Part shown: positions 57,538-64,000 of the stretch, piece by piece
How positions within the stretch are numbered: position 1 is the first letter of the stretch
Layout of the letters: each line of letters begins with the position of its first letter
Source: Mantamonas sphyraenae STR306
Lineage: Eukaryota > Protista > CRuMs
Length of the DNA stretch: 64,000 nucleotides
Assembly: GCA_026936335.1 (NCBI GenBank)
Contig: JAPMXV010000055.1
Coordinates: forward strand, 362,194-426,193
Reading direction: 5' to 3'
The notes under the pieces: model-generated
The model's input: the letters and a program-made list of their open reading frames with translations, nothing else
The model's database searches: none
Told to the model about the DNA's origin: nothing
Program-made: the position numbers and the translations under genes

Positions 57538-59892
57538 ATGGACTTGAGAAAAGATGAATGGGTGAAATTGTTGCAAAGCGGGGACCATGGGCGGATTGTG
57601 GATGCTTTGGAGGCCCAGGGAAGGGTAAGTTGGCGTGGGGAGGGGCCGAGAGGGAAGGAGTTTGGCGAGCGTGACGTGTTGATCGTCGCAAAAGGGAAAG
57701 GGAGAGGACGTGTGTTGACACGACCCACTCAGAAATTGGACATTGCAAGTGGGGATCTGGGAGGCAAAGAAGCAATCGCACTGGCCAAAGCGCTGGCTGA
57801 GAACCGCCGCTTGCAAGCGCTGGAACTCAGCTGGAACAACTTTGGGGCAGAAGGAACATCAGCGCTGGCCAAGGGACTGAGTGGGAACACCAGCTTGCGG
57901 ACAATAGACCTCCGCGGCAACGACATCGGGGTAGACGGAGCTGCATCGCTGGCGCAGGCGCTGTGTGAGAACAGCAGCTTGCAGACACTGGACCTCGGGA
58001 ACACCAGCATTGAGGCAGAAGGAGCATCAGCTCTGGCCAAGGGATTAAGAGAGAACAACACCTTGCAGACTCTGGACCTCACTGACGACGCCATCGGGGC
58101 AGAAGGAGCAACAGCGCTGGCCAACGGACTGAGTGGGAACACCAGCTTGCAGACACTGAACCTCAGCTGGAACAGCATTGAGGCAGAAGGAGCAGCAGCA
58201 CTGGCGCAGGCACTGAGTGGGAACAATGGCTTGCAGAATCTGAACCTCACCGACAACGGCATCGGAGCAAAAGGAGCAACAGCGTTGGCGCAGGCGGTGG
58301 GACAGAACAGCAGCTTGCAGACTCTGAACCTCCAGGAAAATCGCATTGGGGCAGAAGGAGCAGCAGCACTGGCACAGGCACTGAGTGGGAACATCGGTTT
58401 GCAGAATCTGAACCTCGAGAACAACAGGATCGGAGCAAAAGGGGCAGCAACACTGGCGCAGGCGCTGAGAGAGAACAGAAGCTTGCAGACACTGAACCTC
58501 AGCTGGAATAGCATCGAAGCAGAGGGAGCAGCAGCACTTGCGCAGTCACTTTGTGAGAACGGCAGCCTGCAGGTGCTCGACTTACCCAGCAACAAAATCG
58601 ACGCAGTGGGAGCAACAGCACTGGCGCAGGCACTGAATGGGAACAAGAGCCTGCAGACACTGAACCTCAGCTGGAACAGCATCTGGGACGAAGGGGCAGC
58701 GGCATTGGCTCAGGCTCTCAGTGGGAACAAGAGCCTGCAGGCTCTGGACCTACGCAGCAACAGAATCGGTGCAGAGGGAGCAGCAGCACTGGCGCAGGCA
58801 CTTTGTGAGAACAGCAGCTTGCAGACACTGAACCTCCGTTGGAATGGCATCGGGGCAGAAGGAGCAGCAGCACTGGCGAAAAGTCTGGGAGAGAACAGCA
58901 GCTTACAGACGCTGAACATCAGCAGGAACAGCATCGGGGCAGAGGGCGCAGTAACGCTGGCGCAGGCACTGAGTGGGAACAGCAGCTTGCAAAGGCTTGA
59001 CCTCAGAGAGAACAGCATCGATTCAGAGGGAGCGGCAGCATTGGCGCAGGCTCTGAGTGGGAACAGCAACTTACGGAGACTAGAGCTCAACGGCAACGAC
59101 ATCGGGGACAAAGGAGCGGCAGTGATGGCGCAGGCACTGAGTGTGAACAGCAGGTTGCAGACGTTGTACCTCAGCAGCAACGACATCGGGGACAAAGGAG
59201 CGGCAGTGATGGCGCAGGCACTGAGTGTGAACAGCAGGTTGCAGACGTTGTACCTTGGTAGCAACAGCATCGGGGCAGAGGGAGCAGCAGCACTGGCGCA
59301 GGGACTGAAGAAGAACAGCAGCCTGCAGTCGCTGTACCTCCACAGCAACAGCATCGGGGACTACGGAGCAGCAGCACTGGCGCAGGTGCCGGAAACCAAT
59401 CGGTCGTGCTGGCAAATCGAGGGAGTTTTCAATGACGCGTTGCAGTTGCTGGTGGAGAGGAACCAGAAGCATCATGAGGAGTTTGTGGAGTGTGGGGATG
59501 TGGAGAAGATGAGAGAGTTGATGGAGTGGGGTGTGCCTGTGGATACGTTTGCAGGGGATGAAGGGGAGGAGACTGCGCTGGAGAGGGCGTTGAGGCAAGG
59601 GGATGTGAGGATTGTGGAGGTGTTGAGGGGGTGGGGTGCAAAGCCGAGGATGCAAACGGAGGAGATGGTGAGGAAGGAAGGGTGGAGGAAGGCGTGGCAT
59701 TGGATTGGATGGGGCTGGGAGGTGGATGAGGCGATGGAGGTGGTGTTGGTGATGAATGGGGAGGAGAGGGAGGCGATGTTTGCGTGTGGAGGGATGGAGG
59801 AGTATGTGGAGGCAGGAGGTTGGAGAGGGTGGGTGACACTGCCGGATGAGGTGATGGAGAGGGTGTTGGGGTGGGTGGGGAGGGGTGGGTGA
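57538..59892 (+). CDS. RNI-like LRR protein (~20 repeats of 84 bp) with ankyrin-like unit and shared C-terminal cassette; probable in-frame intron 57625-57732
   Basis: N.SLQTLNL..N.IGAEGAAALAQAL repeats; GTAAGT..TTGAC..CAG intron at the same position as in the paralogs. Confidence 0.9.
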   Translation: MDLRKDEWVKLLQSGDHGRIVDALEAQGRVSWRGEGPRGKEFGERDVLIVAKGKGRGRVLTRPTQKLDIASGDLGGKEAIALAKALAENRRLQALELSWNNFGAEGTSALAKGLSGNTSLRTIDLRGNDIGVDGAASLAQALCENSSLQTLDLGNTSIEAEGASALAKGLRENNTLQTLDLTDDAIGAEGATALANGLSGNTSLQTLNLSWNSIEAEGAAALAQALSGNNGLQNLNLTDNGIGAKGATALAQAVGQNSSLQTLNLQENRIGAEGAAALAQALSGNIGLQNLNLENNRIGAKGAATLAQALRENRSLQTLNLSWNSIEAEGAAALAQSLCENGSLQVLDLPSNKIDAVGATALAQALNGNKSLQTLNLSWNSIWDEGAAALAQALSGNKSLQALDLRSNRIGAEGAAALAQALCENSSLQTLNLRWNGIGAEGAAALAKSLGENSSLQTLNISRNSIGAEGAVTLAQALSGNSSLQRLDLRENSIDSEGAAALAQALSGNSNLRRLELNGNDIGDKGAAVMAQALSVNSRLQTLYLSSNDIGDKGAAVMAQALSVNSRLQTLYLGSNSIGAEGAAALAQGLKKNSSLQSLYLHSNSIGDYGAAALAQVPETNRSCWQIEGVFNDALQLLVERNQKHHEEFVECGDVEKMRELMEWGVPVDTFAGDEGEETALERALRQGDVRIVEVLRGWGAKPRMQTEEMVRKEGWRKAWHWIGWGWEVDEAMEVVLVMNGEEREAMFACGGMEEYVEAGGWRGWVTLPDEVMERVLGWVGRGG

Positions 59893-59920
59893 TTGGAGAG
59901 AGTGTGAATGAAAGGGTGGT

Positions 59921-62900
59921 TCATTCGAGGCGTTGGCGTTTGGAGGAGGAGGAGGAGGAGGGAGCGGAGGAAGGGTCTTTGCGCTTGGGCAGGGTGAAGG
60001 AGGGGATGGGGTAGGCGTTGACGAGCGCGGTGGTGGTGGGGCGGGTGGTGTTGTGGGGTGTGATGCGGTCGATGAGGGTGTGGAGGAGGGTGTGCAGTGT
60101 GGTGTCGCTGGGTTTGGGGTTGTCGAGCCAGGCGATCTTGAGGGACAGGGAGGTGACGCCGCGGCTGAGGGTGGCGCTGATGGCACCATTCACATGCTTG
60201 TAGGTGAGGTGTGGCCTAAGGAGGCGGACAAAGAAGGCCAGGTCGACAGGCGGCACGCCAACGTTGCCCAGCGCCAGGATGATGTGCCGCAGCAGGGACA
60301 GCTGGCTGCCGTTGTTGATCAGCTCACGCAGTGCCTGGTGCTCGTGTGTGTGCTGATGGCGAGGGTGCTTGGCTGCGCGTGCCTTCATGTATGCCAGCAG
60401 CGTCTGGAACTCCCGCGCCGTGCAGCTGCCTCGCTCGTCGCTGGGAGTGGCACTGCTCCAGCCACTGCGCACAGTCTCAGGATGCCACTCTTCCACATTG
60501 GTTGTGGCGAGGTGGTGGTCGTAGTCGCATTGTGTCCAGTGTGGGTCGCCGTCGTTGGCAGCAGGGCGTCGTGCTTCCTGCAGCCACAGCTGGGTCTGCT
60601 CGTGCTCCTTCCAGGTGGTGGGATGGGGCCTGTTGCCGAGACTGTCCATCTCTGTCATGAGCAGATGGAGGAGGGCGTAGTTGGGGTCGCCGTGGTCGTG
60701 TGGGTCCTCCAGCCAGCACACCTTCAACCCAGCCTTGGTCACACCCATGGCCAGACCAGCGTGAGGGATGGCATGGCTGCACGCCTGTTGATCCATGTCA
60801 CGGCCAAGAAGGGTGAGGAAGAAGGCCATGTCGCCCTGGGAGAGGGGAATGTTGCTCAAAGCGAGCTGAATCTGTCGGACCAGCGTGCCTTGAGTGCCAT
60901 GGCAGACCACCACACGCGCATGTAGGGTCATGATGTCGGAGATGTCGTCCATGGGATGCTCGTTGGTCAGAGTGTGCATGTGCTTCAGCAGGGCCGTGTG
61001 CTCCTTCTTGTTGCTGCGGCTGCGCTCGCTCTTGCGCCAGTATGTCCAGCCACTGCGCACAACGCCGTCTGGCAGTCCATCATCCACGACCATCTTCTCC
61101 TCCTCTGTGGTCTCGGGTAGGACAAGCTCGGGGATGTCGAGGCCATTCACGGCGTCGACGGTGGTGGGGCGGGTGGTGATGTGAGGTGTGATGCGGTCGA
61201 TGAGGGTGTGGAGGAGGGTGTGCAGTGTGGCGTCGCTGGGTTTGGGGTTGTCGAGCCAGGCGATCTTGAGGGACAGGGAGGTAACACCGCGAGTGAGGGT
61301 GTCCTTGGCGGCACCCTGCACCTGCCTGTAGGTGATTTGTGGCCTGAGGAGGCGGACAAAGAAGGCCAGGTCGACAGGCGGCACGCCAACGTTGCCCAGC
61401 GCCAGGATGATGTGTCGCAGCAGGGACACCAGGCTGCCGTTGTTGATCAGCTCACGCAGTGCCTGGAGCTCGTGTGCCTGCTCATGGCGAGGGTGCTTGG
61501 CTGCGCGTGCCTTCATGTGTGCGAGCAGCGTCTGAAACTCGCGCGCCGTGCAGCTGCCACGCTCGTCACTGGGAGTTCCCCTGCTCCAGCCACTGCGCGC
61601 AGACTCTGGATGCCACTTGTCCACCTTGGTGGTGGTGACGTGGCGGTCGTAGTCGCATTGTGTCCAGTGTGGGTCGCTGTTGTTGTCAGCAGGGCGTCGT
61701 GCTTCCTGCAGCCACAGCTGGGTCTGCTCGTGCTCCTTCCAGGTGGTGGATGGGGCCTGTTGCCGAGACTGTCCATCTCTGTCATGAGCAGATGGAGGAG
61801 GGCGTAGTTGGGGTCGCCGTGGTCGTGTGGCTCCTCCAGCCAGCACACCTTCAACCCAGCCTTGGTCACACCCATGGCCAAACCAGCGTTGGTGATGGCA
61901 AGGCTGCACGCCTGATGATCCATGTCACGGCCGAGAAGGGTGAGGCAGAAGGCCATGTCGCCCTGGGAAAGGGGAATGTTGCCCAGAGCGAGCAGGATAT
62001 GTCGGACGAGCGTGCGCAGGGTGCCATGACAGACCACAACACGCGCCTGCAGGGTCATGAGGTCGGGGATGTTGTCGATGGGATGCTCGTTGGCCAGAGT
62101 GTGCATGTGGTTCAGCAGCGCCGTGTGCTCCTTCTTGTTGCTGTGGCTGCGCTCGTCACTGCGCCAGTCCCGCGACCACCCTTTGCGCAGAACACCATCT
62201 GGCAACTTGTTGGTCTTGTCCACGCTTGCTTTCTTCCGTGCGCCGTTGTCTCCATTTTTGGCCCTCCTTGCCAGTGTGCTCGACGTTCCTGTCTCTGTGC
62301 CGCTGCCAGCCGTGACCCTGAGCCTGCGCTGCCCGCTGCCTTTGTTCGTTTGTGGACCAGTGCGTTGGCTGGTGTGGTCTCTGCCTCGTCTGTGGCCTCC
62401 ACTTGTGTGTCTCGGCTGCCATTCGTCCGTGTCCTCCTGCTCTATGTCGTCTGTGTCGTTGTCGCTGTCATCTTGCGGCATGTACTGCTCATCCATGGCA
62501 ACATCAGTGTCTGCGAAGCTGAGTGTGCCCTGAGATTCCAACTCGTCGACCACGGGCTGCTGGGTTGCGTCCTTTGCCTCGCCGTCTTCTTCGTACGCCT
62601 CCATCCATGAGCTGGTCATCCACTCTGACTTGCTGGAGGTCGACCGTGGTTCACGGTGGCCGAAGTTCACAAACATCAGGTCTTCCACGTCACCGGTGTC
62701 ATGTGTGTGTGTGTCCTGGTCTGCGTCGTCGTCGTCGCTGTCTCCAGTCTGCCGTGTGGCCTGGTGGGAGGAGGACGACGATGTGGTGGTGGATGTGGTC
62801 CGTGTGATACCGACAAAGGCAGGGCTGATGCGTTTGGGGACGCCGTTGTGGTTTGTGGTGGGTTGAGCAGGCGGAGGGTGCGACGGAGGCTGAGCGAAGT

Positions 62901-63500
62901 GCATCTGGGCGGTTTGTCGCGGCTGAGGAGCCGGCGGAGGGGGATAGGCATAGTATGGGTGGCCCTGGTGAGCATATGCGTGGTGCTGCTGCGTGTGGGT
63001 GACGACAGGGACCCAGATGATGGGTGGTTGTGGGTGCTGGTACGGGGTTTGTACGCCAGAGACGGGCAGCACGTTCGGAAACGGCTGGGCAGCCATGGGA
63101 GGGACCATGTACCCGTAGCTGTGGAGAAACGCGGAGAAGCAGGGCGGAGTGGGACTGGTGAGCGGAAGGCGGTATGGACGCCGTCAGGGCAGAAGCGGTG
63201 TGAAGGGAGGCCGGAACGAGCAGAGAGGGAAAAACGGAGGAGATTGGCAGACGAGGAAACTGGCAACGGGGAGGGCAGTGACGGGGGAGAGGGGATCGGA
63301 GAAGAGCGGAGAAGGCAGTAACAGTGGTGATGGGGAAGTGGAGATGCAGGGAAGGAGTGCAGGGAAGCGACGGAGGCATGGAGGAGGCAAGGAAGCGAGA
63401 GGAGTGGGTATTCAGAAAACGGAGTGGAAGGCAGAACGCACGCTGGGTAGGTGTTGGGTGTGTGTTGTTGCTTCGGAGTGCTTGAGTAGTCTTTGTCCAT
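59921..63500 (-). CDS. Telomere-proximal hypothetical protein with a tandemly duplicated ~376-aa module; intron 63119-63441; 1-nt gap at ~61748
   Basis: Exon MDKDY... joins YGYMVPP in frame; the two module copies differ by one G at the frameshift. Confidence 0.7.
60030..62205. repeat. Diverged direct duplication with ~1128-bp period
   Basis: CCAGGTGGTG at 60611 and 61739; long matching stretches on both sides. Confidence 0.9.
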
Positions 63501-63870
63501 GATGGTGGTGGTGTTACTGGAGTGTATGTGGAATGTGTTGGACTGGTGGAGGTGTTGTGGGTGTTGTTGATGTTTTAGTTGAAGACGGAAGGGCAGTGCT
63601 GACTGCGCGGCATTGCAGGACGACGGCCACTCACCAGCAACATTCCCACTCCCACACAATGCCCACTGCCCCATGTCACCACCCAACTCGGCCACACCAC
63701 AGAGGACACAAGCACAACTCACACCTCATAGACCGGACTCATAAACGCAAGGCACGCTTAAGAAGGATAGACTTTGACAAAAACCAAGACTTGGGAAACG
63801 TTCACCCTGATGAACGCAACACGTGGAGCTAGACCGGAAACGCGATACATCAAATAAGTTCATGGCAAAA

Positions 63871-64000
63871 GGGTTAGGGTTAGGGTTAGGGTTAGGGTTA
63901 GGGTTAGGGTTAGGGTTAGGGTTAGGGTTAGGGTTAGGGTTAGGGTTAGGGTTAGGGTTAGGGTTAGGGTTAGGTTAGGGTTAGGGTTAGGGTTAGGGTT
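63871..64000 (+). repeat. Telomere (TTAGGG)n
   Basis: Tandem TTAGGG to the window end with the G-rich strand running toward the end; one TTAGG variant near 63970. Confidence 0.99.

Noticed and set aside
14196-61750. Repeated -1 frameshifts (~14198, ~15951, ~30315, ~32010, ~38390, ~44860, ~61748) as programmed frameshifting or insertional RNA editing
   Set aside because: They share no slippery motif and most lie in or beside short homopolymers. The duplicate of the 61748 site (~60620) has the extra G, and a telomere unit also lacks a G. Long-read deletion error is the simplest explanation; short-read polishing would settle it.

Overview
Gene-dense, GC-rich end of a eukaryotic chromosome from a flagellated protist. 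It uses the standard code, has mostly short GT-AG introns with CTGAC/CTAAC/CTCAC-type branch points, and ends in a (TTAGGG)n telomere. The first ~28 kb are mostly housekeeping genes: axonemal dynein heavy chain, RPL27, PYROXD2-like, NTH1, Patched/NPC1-like, GPATCH1-like, UPF1, GH32, FYVE and a ubiquitin-like protein. The rest is accessory subtelomeric DNA. The main finding is a complete ~6.36-kb DNA transposon (28482-34841) with degenerate TIRs and a 9-bp target-site duplication (CGCTGGTCA), which is Mutator/MuDR-like. It is inserted into an LRR gene whose reading frame is restored when the element is removed. After one intron and two 1-nt corrections it encodes a single ~1,940-aa protein. The C-terminus is a Fanzor1/TnpB-family RuvC nuclease with an intact D-E-D triad, and the N-terminal half appears to hold a degenerate MULE-like transposase. 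A structured candidate omegaRNA overlaps the 3' TIR and runs into host DNA that would serve as the guide. Other notable loci are four LRR-ankyrin paralogs sharing a near-identical F-box-like C-terminal cassette, a ~2,690-aa secreted protein with acidic spacers and antimicrobial-peptide-like cationic helices, and a beta-propeller/Cys-rich surface protein. Several 1-nt deletions look like long-read assembly errors. All family calls come from motif recognition by eye; no database searches were run.
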